Shown: one piece after another, positions 29,593 through 38,937 of the stretch | Position numbering within the stretch: position 1 is the first letter of the stretch | How the letters are laid out: each line of letters begins with the position of its first letter | From: a phage | Length of the DNA stretch: 64,000 nt | Sequence record: PX915678.1 | Reading direction: 5' to 3' (one strand) | Translations under genes and position numbers: made by a program | The notes under the pieces: generated by a model | What the model was told of the DNA's origin: nothing | Seen by the model: only the letters and a program-made list of their open reading frames with translations | The model's database searches: none

Positions 29593-29744
29593 GCCATGTG
29601 AGTTGCAGCTTCATCACACATATCATAACGTTTCTTAAGAAGTTCTACAAGTTCTTCACTAGTAACTTCATCCATGTCGACGAAAAAATCACCATTAATG
29701 ATGACGTAGATATTTCCTTCTTGATTGAGTGCTTCAATTTTCAT
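29556..29744 (-). CDS. hypothetical protein
   Basis: ORF from [11 protein letters not shown] (SD GAGGAG) just downstream of early promoter; track ORF extends spuriously into promoter. Confidence 0.45.
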   Translation of the reverse strand: MKIEALNQEGNIYVIINGDFFVDMDEVTSEELVELLKKRYDMCDEAATHMACAIFSLSYVVE

Positions 29745-29769
29745 GATGTTCTCCTCTTTATCCGATAGT

Positions 29770-29805
29770 TGTATAGTATCACAGCACAAATGGAAAGTAA
29801 ACCGG
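29770..29805 (-). promoter_or_regulatory. T4 early-type promoter
   Basis: mRNA-sense GGTTTACTTTCCATTTGTGCTGTGATACTATACAACTATC. Confidence 0.55.
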
Positions 29806-29817
29806 TAAAATGAAAAA

Positions 29818-29835
29818 AGTCTCCCGAAGGAGACT
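29818..29835 (-). terminator. stem-loop (AGUCUCC-UUCG-GGAGACU)
   Basis: Inverted repeat directly after stop of ORF 29840-30226. Confidence 0.45.
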
Positions 29836-29839
29836 AATG

Positions 29840-30226
29840 TTATTCGAGGGAAAGAAGATATTTACTCTGGTAAAACATCCCAGTAATATCATCTATCGTG
29901 CTTTGAATGGCTGGAGGCATTTCTTTATAAATGCTGTTAGATTGGTCTAGTATGTGATCAATCATTTTAATTGTGTCAGTAGGAAGTTTACTGGCATCTG
30001 GAATAGAAGGCGTGTATTTTCTACCAGAATACCCCAAATATTGCTCACCAAATTTATCAATCAAATCTGGCAACTCAGAGAAAATAAAATCGTATGCTTT
30101 GTGTCTAGCATAACTTTTAGTTTCAAAATGTGCAGAATGAAAATAAGCTTGTGCAGCCATTAATAAACCTAAGTATTCATCTGCCTTTGAAGGTTTTCCA
30201 CTTTGTGAAAAGTCGCTGAATTTCAT
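29840..30226 (-). CDS. hypothetical protein (rI.-1 position)
   Basis: 128-aa ORF immediately downstream of rI. Confidence 0.55.
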   Translation of the reverse strand: MKFSDFSQSGKPSKADEYLGLLMAAQAYFHSAHFETKSYARHKAYDFIFSELPDLIDKFGEQYLGYSGRKYTPSIPDASKLPTDTIKMIDHILDQSNSIYKEMPPAIQSTIDDITGMFYQSKYLLSLE

Positions 30227-30516
30227 TCAGTCTCCAATTTAATGTTCATAATTCTAGCGTATGATTGTGCCATCTCCGCGCCTCGCTCTATACATTCAAA
30301 ATCGGAAGAGCACGGGTCATTTTTATAAGTCGTTCGCATAAAACTATAGAACTGTTCAGATGATTCTACGCTTTTATTTTCAAAAAGCATATAAACATGT
30401 CTAATACCAGATTCCATAAATTTATCAAAATGAGGATCGACATTCGCTTCAATCGGTGGAGATAAAACAAACGCTAATCCTAGCATGGCAAATAGTGCCG
30501 TTGCTTTTAAGGCCAT
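30223..30516 (-). CDS. rI: lysis inhibition regulator RI
   Basis: 97-aa ORF MALKATALFAMLGLAFVLSPPIEANVDPHFDKFMESGIRHVYMLFENK..., recognised as T4 RI. Confidence 0.9.
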   Translation of the reverse strand: MALKATALFAMLGLAFVLSPPIEANVDPHFDKFMESGIRHVYMLFENKSVESSEQFYSFMRTTYKNDPCSSDFECIERGAEMAQSYARIMNIKLETE

Positions 30517-30528
30517 AAAGGCCTCCTA

Positions 30529-30741
30529 TCATTTTTGTCCTGTATTTACTTTATGCCGATGCACGGCCTTAACTTTATCAAGGTATTTTTCAAAATTTCG
30601 CAATCTAGTATAGTCTGCCGGAGATTGGTTGAGTGATACTTCTCGACGCAAAGCTGAAATGATATTTCCAACTTCCCTACGAATTTCATCTAATTGAAGA
30701 ACAGTAAGATTGCGAAGTTGCTTTTCAGTTAATTGTAGCAT
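30529..30741 (-). CDS. hypothetical protein (rI.1 position)
   Basis: 70-aa ORF. Confidence 0.5.
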
Positions 30742-30783
30742 ATATACCCCTTTAGTTAGATAAACCTATTTATAACTTTTGCA

Positions 30784-31365
30784 CTAACCGAGCTTTTTAG
30801 TTAATTCATTCCAGTGTTTTCTACACAAAGAAACATAAATTTCATCACCAATACAGATTTGATTACCTTCTTTAACTGGTGTTCCATCTTCCATTAATCG
30901 AGCTGTCATAATCGCTTTTTTACCACAATGACAAACTGCTTTTAGTTCAATAAGTTTATCTGCAATCGCCAAAAGTTCTTTAGAACCTTCAAATAATTTT
31001 CCAGCGAAATCAGTCCTTAGACCATAAGCCATAACAGGAACATTATATGTATCAACAATTCGGCTTAATTGATGCACCTGTTCAGTTTTTAAAAACTGAG
31101 CTTCATCTACAAATACACAATGAATATCTTTTTGTGCTTCAGCCCATTTATAGAACTCAAAAATATCCATATCATCCGTAATAATATTCGCTTCCTGTTT
31201 AATTCCAATGCGAGAAACGACTTCACAGACAGAATCGCGAGTATCAATAGCAGGCTTAAGAACTAATACACTCATTCCACGTTCTTTATAATTATGCGCA
31301 GCAGTCAAAAGAGAAGCAGATTTTCCAGCATTCATTGCTGCATAAGTAAAAATTAAACTCGCCAT
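30784..31365 (-). CDS. tk: thymidine kinase
   Basis: 193-aa ORF; P-loop YAAMNAGKSASLL, CHCG...C..C Zn motif; position after rI. Confidence 0.88.
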   Translation of the reverse strand: MASLIFTYAAMNAGKSASLLTAAHNYKERGMSVLVLKPAIDTRDSVCEVVSRIGIKQEANIITDDMDIFEFYKWAEAQKDIHCVFVDEAQFLKTEQVHQLSRIVDTYNVPVMAYGLRTDFAGKLFEGSKELLAIADKLIELKAVCHCGKKAIMTARLMEDGTPVKEGNQICIGDEIYVSLCRKHWNELTKKLG

Positions 31366-31374
31366 ATCACCTTC

Positions 31375-31560
31375 TTAAAGCGTATTCACATAAGCTATTA
31401 ATTCATTTTCTTTCTTATCAAACCGATCAGCAAATTCTTCCTGCTGTTCGGGAGATAGCGGGCCGTATTCATCATAAAAGGTGTTTGCTTCTGTATGCTC
31501 ATCTAGAAGTTCATGGATAAGCTCAAACAATTTATCTTTTTGTTCTTTACTCAGACTCAT
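31375..31560 (-). CDS. hypothetical acidic protein
   Basis: 61-aa ORF. Confidence 0.45.
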   Translation of the reverse strand: MSLSKEQKDKLFELIHELLDEHTEANTFYDEYGPLSPEQQEEFADRFDKKENELIAYVNTL

Positions 31561-31726
31561 ATATTAATTTCCAGGAGTTTTAAAATAATTCGCTTTTGCT
31601 TAAATATTTCCACAGTTAAATGATCAGTATCTTTTTGACCGATTCCAATGGCAAAACCTTTATTAACAGCGAGTTCAATTAAATTATCAAGTTCACGTAA
31701 CACTTCATATTGTAGCTCAGAACTAT

Positions 31727-31954
31727 TCATTTCGGTTTACCTTCTTTAACGAAATCAGGATAAGGATAAAATCCTGAATAAAATCCTTCACCTTTGTGAT
31801 TGGTGCATCCTTTATTAGAACAATAGCACCAATAATCGAAATCACAAGTCATTTCATCATTACATAAAGCAAAAACAACTGGCCATTCACACTTTTCGCA
31901 GTGGGCATTTTTAAGAATACTAGTTTGGCTCATAACCATGTAACCTTTAAGCAA
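31727..31954 (-). CDS. hypothetical Cys-rich protein
   Basis: 75-aa ORF with multiple Cys/His. Confidence 0.45.
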   Translation of the reverse strand: MLKGYMVMSQTSILKNAHCEKCEWPVVFALCNDEMTCDFDYWCYCSNKGCTNHKGEGFYSGFYPYPDFVKEGKPK

Positions 31955-32142
31955 TATTCTTCTACGTGCTGTTTACGACCTTTCTTATCAATAAAGGTAT
32001 ATTCAACGAATGTTCCAATATAGTCTTTATCTACATCATGCGGACTATTAATTGGGCATTTAGTACGGCAAATGCGTTCCCATTGACGAATAATTTCCAC
32101 TTTGTTTTTAGGATCAAACGGATGCGGGTAATGTACTTTCAT
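31930..32142 (-). CDS. hypothetical protein
   Basis: 70-aa ORF. Confidence 0.45.
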   Translation of the reverse strand: MKVHYPHPFDPKNKVEIIRQWERICRTKCPINSPHDVDKDYIGTFVEYTFIDKKGRKQHVEEYCLKVTWL

Positions 32143-32593
32143 AATCCACCACTATTAAATCAATATCAAGAGTAAACATGTCGATTAATTTAGAAACCTT
32201 ATCCCAATCACCACCAGCAATACCGCAACCTATGCGTGGAATGTAAATTACTGGTTTAAACAAAAGGGTTTCTGCCTGTAGATTTAATTCTATCATGCAG
32301 TTTACTAAAGCACCATAATCAAGATTAGGACCCGGTTCATATTGCGTATACAGGTTATAGCATATACCAAATCCTGTAGGATTATGTTTAAAAACAATAG
32401 ACATATCGCCTAATTTATCACGAGAACCGTACTCGGTAGTGGTTTTATCTATTTCTAAAATTTTGGGATAGGCTCTTGCTAATTGACCTGCTACGCCAGA
32501 GCCCATTGTGTGGAAGCAATTACACCCGTGCGCAATAATATTACCTTGAAGAAATAGGGCGACAATATCGCCCTTGATATATTTTACAATCAT
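32114..32593 (-). CDS. macro-domain-like protein (predicted ADP-ribose binding/processing)
   Basis: 159-aa ORF with Gly-rich motifs HGCNCFHTMGSGVAGQLA and GCGIAGGDW resembling macro-domain signatures. Confidence 0.45.
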   Translation of the reverse strand: MIVKYIKGDIVALFLQGNIIAHGCNCFHTMGSGVAGQLARAYPKILEIDKTTTEYGSRDKLGDMSIVFKHNPTGFGICYNLYTQYEPGPNLDYGALVNCMIELNLQAETLLFKPVIYIPRIGCGIAGGDWDKVSKLIDMFTLDIDLIVVDYESTLPASV

Positions 32594-32937
32594 CTAGTAC
32601 TCAATCCTCGATTATAAGAATCTACTAAACGGTCAACCATTGAATGACAAGCGGCTTTATCTTTCTCCTCCGCAACTGAACATTCTAAGGTATTCCACTT
32701 TTTAGCATATCGTTTTAACAATGTATCATTTTTGTATCTGCTTGATTTATCTCTTTCTCCGTCTTTATATGCATATATTAATTTCTGCGCAAATTCAGCT
32801 TGGCATGCTTTATTTTTCCCGCAATAATCCGCGGCAGTACGATTTACATACTCTCTAATTTCAGTATATGATGTATCTGCTGATGCAGAAGCAGAAAATG
32901 AAATTAATCCTATACATAAAACCAAAATTTTAGTCAT
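32590..32937 (-). CDS. secreted/periplasmic protein with signal peptide
   Basis: 115-aa ORF; N-terminal MTKILVLCIGLISFSASASA signal; several Cys. Confidence 0.5.
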   Translation of the reverse strand: MTKILVLCIGLISFSASASADTSYTEIREYVNRTAADYCGKNKACQAEFAQKLIYAYKDGERDKSSRYKNDTLLKRYAKKWNTLECSVAEEKDKAACHSMVDRLVDSYNRGLSTR

Positions 32938-33475
32938 TTACTATTTCCAAAAGTTTATTATTTTTAAGGTAATTAGCCTTTTCTAGGACTTCAGAAGCAT
33001 ATTTAGAACCTGCTTTAACATTCCATCCCGAATTATAAGAGGATATTGCTTTTCTTATATCGCCCTTATGTATATTTAACCAATAAGAAAGTTCAATGTA
33101 CGCCCAGGAAGCTGAATTGGACCGTTTATTCAACATTCTTTTTATTTCAGCATCGGTCATATTATAACCAAGTTCCTTAACTCTTGCTCGCATAGTTGGC
33201 AAATAATTTTGGAACATTCCATAGGCATGATGCTTTGGTTTAGATTTTAAATTAACTCCGGCAGAGCTTTCTTGCCACAAAATAGCAGCCATTATATGAC
33301 CCAATCCGCTCTTGTGGATATTTTTGTGTGTTTTATATTTTCCATCCTTAGAAAATTGTTCCCCGAATTGATATGCGTAACGCATGTTATCGAGTTGGAC
33401 ATTACTGAAAGTATGCTCGGAGCTATGCGCCATCATTGAAATGGCCAATAGACCAGCGAGTAGTGCTTTTCTCAT
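32930..33475 (-). CDS. lytic transglycosylase-like periplasmic protein
   Basis: 181-aa ORF; signal peptide MRKALLAGLLAISMMAHS; catalytic-type E-S motif ILWQESSAG and YNSGWN. Confidence 0.55.
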   Translation of the reverse strand: MRKALLAGLLAISMMAHSSEHTFSNVQLDNMRYAYQFGEQFSKDGKYKTHKNIHKSGLGHIMAAILWQESSAGVNLKSKPKHHAYGMFQNYLPTMRARVKELGYNMTDAEIKRMLNKRSNSASWAYIELSYWLNIHKGDIRKAISSYNSGWNVKAGSKYASEVLEKANYLKNNKLLEIVND

Positions 33476-33482
33476 GCTTACC

Positions 33483-33944
33483 TCATTGAGTTTTAATTAC
33501 TGCTTTAGAAGCCTTTCCTGGTAAACGACGACTGTTGATAATTGCCATCCTGCATTGAAGCGACGGGTCTTTGAACTTCGCATTAGGTTTACAAACTGTA
33601 AATCCAAGCCAAAGATTTCCATCTGTAATTTCTAAACGTCCAGGACGGTATTCAACCCCATCAATAAAATCCTCGTCAATGTCAGGACGCGGAGGCATAC
33701 TCAGGAATTCATTAACTTCTAAAACATGGTCTTTTATTTTGTGGAATAATTCAAAAACATATGTCTCATCAATCTCCCGTTGAATTGCACGATCAAGAAG
33801 ATGCTGAGAATATTTTAGATGAAACGATGAGACCCCTGCTGCTTTTGATGCCTCACGAATCTCATTGTTAATTTGACGAAACTCCGACTCAAAGTGACGA
33901 CGAAGCTTATTTCGACGGATAAAAACTTCTGTGTTGATAGTCAT
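33483..33944 (-). CDS. regB: endoribonuclease RegB
   Basis: 153-aa ORF, size and position as T4 regB; preceded by strong early promoter. Confidence 0.75.
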   Translation of the reverse strand: MTINTEVFIRRNKLRRHFESEFRQINNEIREASKAAGVSSFHLKYSQHLLDRAIQREIDETYVFELFHKIKDHVLEVNEFLSMPPRPDIDEDFIDGVEYRPGRLEITDGNLWLGFTVCKPNAKFKDPSLQCRMAIINSRRLPGKASKAVIKTQ

Positions 33945-33969
33945 GTTATTCTCCTCTTAACTGATAGAA

Positions 33970-34003
33970 AAATTATACCACAGTCAAGAGGAAAAGTAAA
34001 CAG
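33970..34003 (-). promoter_or_regulatory. T4 early-type promoter upstream of regB
   Basis: mRNA-sense GTTTACTTTTCCTCTTGACTGTGGTATAATTTTTC: -35 GTTTAC, extended -10 TGGTATAAT. Confidence 0.65.
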
Positions 34004-34282
34004 TTATTCTTTAAATCTAATCAATTTATTCATAGACTTTGAAACTTCTGCACGGACCTCATGTAGGTTTTTAAGCTGTTCAAGACGTTGCTCATAGTAA
34101 GCAATTTCATCTTCTTCAAGACAGTCCTGTGAATCTTCTTTAAGATAACGTGCATAGTCCTGGAAAGCTTTACGGACTACTTCTTGGAAGTCATCAAGAC
34201 TTTGAATTTTCTTAGGAGCAACAGATACACGACGAGGGGCAGTATAATACTCGTAACCAAACCCTGCGCTTAATTGAGCCAT
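34004..34282 (-). CDS. hypothetical protein (vs-region)
   Basis: ORF likely starting [12 protein letters not shown] (ATG overlapping upstream stop). Confidence 0.45.
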   Translation of the reverse strand: MAQLSAGFGYEYYTAPRRVSVAPKKIQSLDDFQEVVRKAFQDYARYLKEDSQDCLEEDEIAYYEQRLEQLKNLHEVRAEVSKSMNKLIRFKE

Positions 34283-34584
34283 TAATATTTTTCCTCTGGT
34301 TGGAACACAGCACGACAAGCCCACATACTGGCTTCTTTGAGTTTCGTTTTAGCAATAGTTAACTGATCGAGGCTTTCAGCATAATTCTTCGCGAATTCGC
34401 AGTCTTCACAATTATCTAGTGCTTCCCAGAATTCGTCATATAAAGCGTCAAAGATAAGTCCTAAACGAACTTCAGCATCTTTGATAGCATTCACTTTACC
34501 AATTTTCTCTTCAGTATGTGGCTTATAACCTTTAATATCTTCAATCATATTTGACTTCCTCACCAGTACATAAATCATATTCAA
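34282..34584 (-). CDS. hypothetical protein (vs-region)
   Basis: 100-aa ORF. Confidence 0.5.
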   Translation of the reverse strand: MNMIYVLVRKSNMIEDIKGYKPHTEEKIGKVNAIKDAEVRLGLIFDALYDEFWEALDNCEDCEFAKNYAESLDQLTIAKTKLKEASMWACRAVFQPEEKY

Positions 34585-34762
34585 CTAAACGAATAGGTTC
34601 ATGAATGCCATATCCTTGAACAGAAATTTCTGTCGTAGGATAAATTCCATCAATATCACCCATGGTCCACGCTTCATTAAATTGCTGTTCGCCTGAATTA
34701 CTAAACCACTCGGCGAAAGCATTTAACACATCTTTAGAACCTTCAATAATTATCTTTGCCAT
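34541..34762 (-). CDS. hypothetical protein (vs-region)
   Basis: 73-aa ORF. Confidence 0.45.
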   Translation of the reverse strand: MAKIIIEGSKDVLNAFAEWFSNSGEQQFNEAWTMGDIDGIYPTTEISVQGYGIHEPIRLVEYDLCTGEEVKYD

Positions 34763-35124
34763 TACAAGCTCTCAGTAAAGGTACGAGCGATAACGTCGCG
34801 CTGCTGTTCCGGTGTCAGAGAGTTAAAGCGAACTGCATAACCGGATACACGGATGGTCAGCTGCGGATATTTTTCCGGATGCTTAACTGCATCTTCCAGA
34901 GTTTCACGACGCAGAACGTTAACGTTCAGGTGTTGACCACCTTCAATTTTGACTGTAGGCTGTGATTCAATTTCAATTTCACGGGTGTGCAAACCGTAGA
35001 AAATTTCTGGGTCTACAAAAGAGTCCTCTTTAAAGGTTTTAGAAACAATAATTCGTGCTTGAATACCATCTTCAAAATAAATAGTACCTTTATGTGTGCC
35101 TTCAAGAATTTGATATGCTTTCAT
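34762..35124 (-). CDS. autonomous glycyl-radical cofactor (GrcA/YfiD-like)
   Basis: 120-aa ORF ending ...[60 protein letters not shown], with glycyl-radical motif RVSGYAV. Confidence 0.8.
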   Translation of the reverse strand: MKAYQILEGTHKGTIYFEDGIQARIIVSKTFKEDSFVDPEIFYGLHTREIEIESQPTVKIEGGQHLNVNVLRRETLEDAVKHPEKYPQLTIRVSGYAVRFNSLTPEQQRDVIARTFTESL

Positions 35125-35130
35125 ATAACC

Positions 35131-35460
35131 TCAATTAGAAAATAAATTTATCCAAGACTGTTCTTTAATTAAAAATGGCTCAGAATCATATGCCATTAAA
35201 CTTTGGGTGATTAGTCCTTTAAAAGGTCCATCAATAAATTCCATGGTAAAATATGGAATTTTATTCATTAATCTTGCATTAGGAGCAGTACACAAAACTC
35301 TGCATCCTTTGAATACACCTTTTTGTAATTTGTATTGCTTAGGATAAAATTCGCTCAAGACGTTGTTATTTGCCAAAATTTCAAAATGATTCACCAATTT
35401 ATTTTTAATAGTTTTTGGCGAAAAATAAAGATATTCGAAAAGCTGTGTGTCTGTCATCAT
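35131..35460 (-). CDS. hypothetical protein
   Basis: ORF likely starting at MMTDTQLFEYL (ATGA overlap with upstream stop). Confidence 0.45.
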   Translation of the reverse strand: MMTDTQLFEYLYFSPKTIKNKLVNHFEILANNNVLSEFYPKQYKLQKGVFKGCRVLCTAPNARLMNKIPYFTMEFIDGPFKGLITQSLMAYDSEPFLIKEQSWINLFSN

Positions 35461-35996
35461 TGCATTCCGATTACGAAAAACTGCGGACGAGTAATACCAC
35501 CAGTGCAACATTTACTATTGCAACAGTATTGTACAGTTTCAATATGAATATCGTAAATTTTATCCATATCGGGAGATTTAACCGGCTCATCGATTATATA
35601 CAAAATCCGCGAAAGCGATAAACCTCTGAACTTGCTGCCTCTATTACCAACAAAACTACGGACAGAATCAGTAAATAAGCGGAATCGAATATCGTCACTA
35701 GAATAACGAGAAAATTCTTTTTTAATGTGGCCTGCAGAAATTTTAGCGTAAGCTGAAGTATTAGAAAGAACAATAACTGTTCCACCATCATACAGCCAAT
35801 TAGCAGCAAAGTTAGTCACAGCAGTTGATTTACCGGATTGACGTCCACCATCTAGTCGAAGTGTACAATATTGTTTAAGCAAGTCTTCAAATGGTGGAAT
35901 ATAATCGTTTTTACAAATTTCTTCTACTCTAGCATCAGAATGGTGTGTAAAAGCATTCATCAGGGATAGATAAGGACCAGTTAAAAATGTTCTCAT
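35457..35996 (-). CDS. small P-loop NTPase-like protein
   Basis: ORF from MRTFLTGPYL; Walker A-like GGRQSGKST and hydrophobic-D motif VIVLSN...YIIDEP. Confidence 0.45.
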   Translation of the reverse strand: MRTFLTGPYLSLMNAFTHHSDARVEEICKNDYIPPFEDLLKQYCTLRLDGGRQSGKSTAVTNFAANWLYDGGTVIVLSNTSAYAKISAGHIKKEFSRYSSDDIRFRLFTDSVRSFVGNRGSKFRGLSLSRILYIIDEPVKSPDMDKIYDIHIETVQYCCNSKCCTGGITRPQFFVIGMQ

Positions 35997-36149
35997 TTTA
36001 TTCTCTCTAAATTTGGGCCATTCCATGGCGCATGAATTGTCCATTTCTGTATTTACCCATTACCGCACTTGGGCTCGACCTTATTACAGGTTGGCGGGAA
36101 TCCCTCATAGAATCATGAGGTCCAGCTTGTTCCCATATTTCTTATTTGC

Positions 36150-36623
36150 TTATTTGAATGATTTGACGTACTGAATAGAGCCTTTGCTATTCACGAAAGC
36201 GATTTTACCATTTTTGTTATACATGGTAGCAGTACGCTGATAACCATAAGTTTGTTTACCAGATTGATAACCAACTAATGCGAAATTATCTTCACCCATT
36301 TTATTCTGCTTAGCGCGGATACGTTCATGACCGTGTGCCATAAGAACCTTAGCGTCGCCAGTTGCAATGGATCTACGAGTTTTTTCATCTTCAACTGTAT
36401 TAACAAAATCGTCAAATGAATCAAATTTAGCATGAGATTTATTATACAGTTTTCCATCTACTGCATAATTATATCCCTGTACATCCATCTCAACTTCTGT
36501 ACCATCATCCAATACAGCAGTGATTTTTTGACCTTTTTTAAATTTCAAAAGATCAGTAAAAGATTCAGCGATAATTTGAGAATTAATAGCTGCTTCAGTG
36601 ATAAATTCTTGATATGTTTTCAT
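36150..36623 (-). CDS. internal protein (IP) family member with capsid-targeting N-terminus
   Basis: 157-aa ORF beginning MKTYQEFITEAAINS (CTS-like signature ending in E); late promoter TATAAATA 35 nt upstream. Confidence 0.65.
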   Translation of the reverse strand: MKTYQEFITEAAINSQIIAESFTDLLKFKKGQKITAVLDDGTEVEMDVQGYNYAVDGKLYNKSHAKFDSFDDFVNTVEDEKTRRSIATGDAKVLMAHGHERIRAKQNKMGEDNFALVGYQSGKQTYGYQRTATMYNKNGKIAFVNSKGSIQYVKSFK

Positions 36624-36632
36624 GTGTTTCCT

Positions 36633-37049
36633 TTAAATGTAAATAGTTTTACCGTAGTATTTATACCAGTATGGCTTCATTAAAATTTTTTCATCGAGTC
36701 GTTGTTGACTCAACTTAATAGCTGATTTGCATGGATTATAATCATTTTTCCATTCTGCTGGAATATCGCTGATGTCAGGAACTTCAGTATCTTTTATACT
36801 AAACCCACGTTTTAAGCATTCCGTTATAATGTCTGATTGACGCTTTCGCAAAAATTCTAACTTATCGTAAAAGAACGTGACATGACCAGAACCTAAAATA
36901 AACTCGGAAGATATTTTAAAATCTTTAACCCGCTTACCATTTGCAACATGTTTACGAACTATACCAAAAACACGTGGCAATTCACGGTATTCTGCGATTA
37001 AATGTTGATCAGCAAGTTCAGATACTAAAGTCAAATTAATACGAGTCAT
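36633..37049 (-). CDS. denV: endonuclease V (pyrimidine-dimer DNA glycosylase)
   Basis: From ATG at 37049 (SD GGAGGG): [29 protein letters not shown]...[14 protein letters not shown], 138 aa, recognised as T4 DenV. Confidence 0.92.
   Translation of the reverse strand: MTRINLTLVSELADQHLIAEYRELPRVFGIVRKHVANGKRVKDFKISSEFILGSGHVTFFYDKLEFLRKRQSDIITECLKRGFSIKDTEVPDISDIPAEWKNDYNPCKSAIKLSQQRLDEKILMKPYWYKYYGKTIYI
36658..36665 (-). promoter_or_regulatory. late promoter (TATAAATA) for IP gene
   Basis: mRNA-sense GGTATAAATACTACGG upstream of ORF 36150-36623. Confidence 0.55.
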
Positions 37050-37054
37050 TTTAT

Positions 37055-37106
37055 CCCTCCAAGTAACTGTGAATAATACTATCACAATTCTAGGAGAAAG
37101 TAAACA
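37055..37106 (-). promoter_or_regulatory. early-type promoter upstream of denV
   Basis: mRNA-sense AAAGTTGTTTACTTTCTCCTAGAATTGTGATAGTATTATTCAC. Confidence 0.45.
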
Positions 37107-37109
37107 ACT

Positions 37110-37640
<531 letters not shown>

Positions 37641-38096
37641 TTAAAAGAGGCTGTTCATTATTCGGTAAAGTGAAGGACCCATCACATATTGCCACTGAGT
37701 ACGAGGAATAAGGGCAAAAGCATCCATCTCTGGAATCATAACACCATCTTTATTTTCAAAATAAGACTCGCAATGGCAATTTCTAAACATCTCATGCTCT
37801 ACTGGAATCGTATAATAAAATAACTGCAAGTCTTTATTACTAGAATATTTAAATACACCTAGGTCTTCTAGAAGGTCTGAATTATAATCGATAAAACCAG
37901 TCTCTTCTGAGCATTCTCTTTTTGCAGCTTCCAGTGCATTCAAATCAAAACTTTCTACACGGCCCTTTGGAATATCCCAGCGATGTGCCATCATTCCAGG
38001 TTTACGAGAACCAGTAACTCGTCCCATAAATAAATCTTTATCTTCTGTCATAAAGATAATACCAGCTGATAGTGTTTTCATTTTAATTTCCTGCAT
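37641..38096 (-). CDS. nudE: Nudix hydrolase
   Basis: 151-aa ORF with Nudix box GRVESFDLNALEAAKRECSEETGF; position next to e. Confidence 0.8.
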   Translation of the reverse strand: MQEIKMKTLSAGIIFMTEDKDLFMGRVTGSRKPGMMAHRWDIPKGRVESFDLNALEAAKRECSEETGFIDYNSDLLEDLGVFKYSSNKDLQLFYYTIPVEHEMFRNCHCESYFENKDGVMIPEMDAFALIPRTQWQYVMGPSLYRIMNSLF

Positions 38097-38566
38097 TCAG
38101 TGATAAAGTTATTTAAATTTTGGGTATATTTCTTTTCATCAAAAATCTTTTGCTGCCTACGTAACCGCCATGGCATTTCAATGAACACGCACCATATTCC
38201 TGATATTACTGCTGTTATAAAAATATTAACAAGCAGAGTAAAAAGAGTCCAATCTCCTATTCTATCCATTGGATTTTTTCCAAAGAAATAAAATACGAAT
38301 GATGACACAGGAAGACTAATGATATACCATAAAAGCATATTCTTGCCTGTAAACCAATCAGCGTTCGTTAACTTAGCACGACCGTTTTGAATACATACGA
38401 ACTTATCATCTGTTACAGTAGATGGCTTAGCTGCTTGATATCCCATTCTAAACTCCCTAATTAATCGTTTCTTTGTATCTTCAGAACAGCCGCTCCAGTC
38501 AACTCTATCAACTGAAATGCCATCGTCCCCATCATCTAAATCATACCAGCGAGTTTTTAAAATCAT
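38078..38566 (-). CDS. membrane protein, e-region paralog 1
   Basis: Hydrophobic segments; C-terminus ...NFITECRKLK shared with next two ORFs; start uncertain. Confidence 0.45.
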   Translation of the reverse strand: MILKTRWYDLDDGDDGISVDRVDWSGCSEDTKKRLIREFRMGYQAAKPSTVTDDKFVCIQNGRAKLTNADWFTGKNMLLWYIISLPVSSFVFYFFGKNPMDRIGDWTLFTLLVNIFITAVISGIWCVFIEMPWRLRRQQKIFDEKKYTQNLNNFITECRKLK

Positions 38567-38937
38567 TTGATTTTCCTGCAATCACTCACAAACTCTTTCA
38601 TTGATTCATTTTCAATATAAGATATGTAGTTATTATATTCTTTTAATTGTATTTTGTAATCCTTTTTTCTTTGCCAATTTATTTTAAAATTATCATAATG
38701 AAAATATAAAATGATACTAAAGAATGAAAATAATGAAATTGCTATAGTATAATGAAGTTCACTCCAAACTTCTATTATATCTACTATACCGCTGACGTTA
38801 CTGCGGATGTTTAAAATAATACAGTCAATCGTTAATCCAATAAGACTACCAGCAAGAGCTGCAGCCAACGCCACAGCAAAAATTAAAAATGACTCATAAA
38901 AAGAATATTTGACTTTATTTAGTTTTGGCTTTTGCAT
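38563..38937 (-). CDS. membrane protein, e-region paralog 2
   Basis: 124-aa ORF; TM segments; C-terminus ...EFVSDCRKIK. Confidence 0.5.
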   Translation of the reverse strand: MQKPKLNKVKYSFYESFLIFAVALAAALAGSLIGLTIDCIILNIRSNVSGIVDIIEVWSELHYTIAISLFSFFSIILYFHYDNFKINWQRKKDYKIQLKEYNNYISYIENESMKEFVSDCRKIK

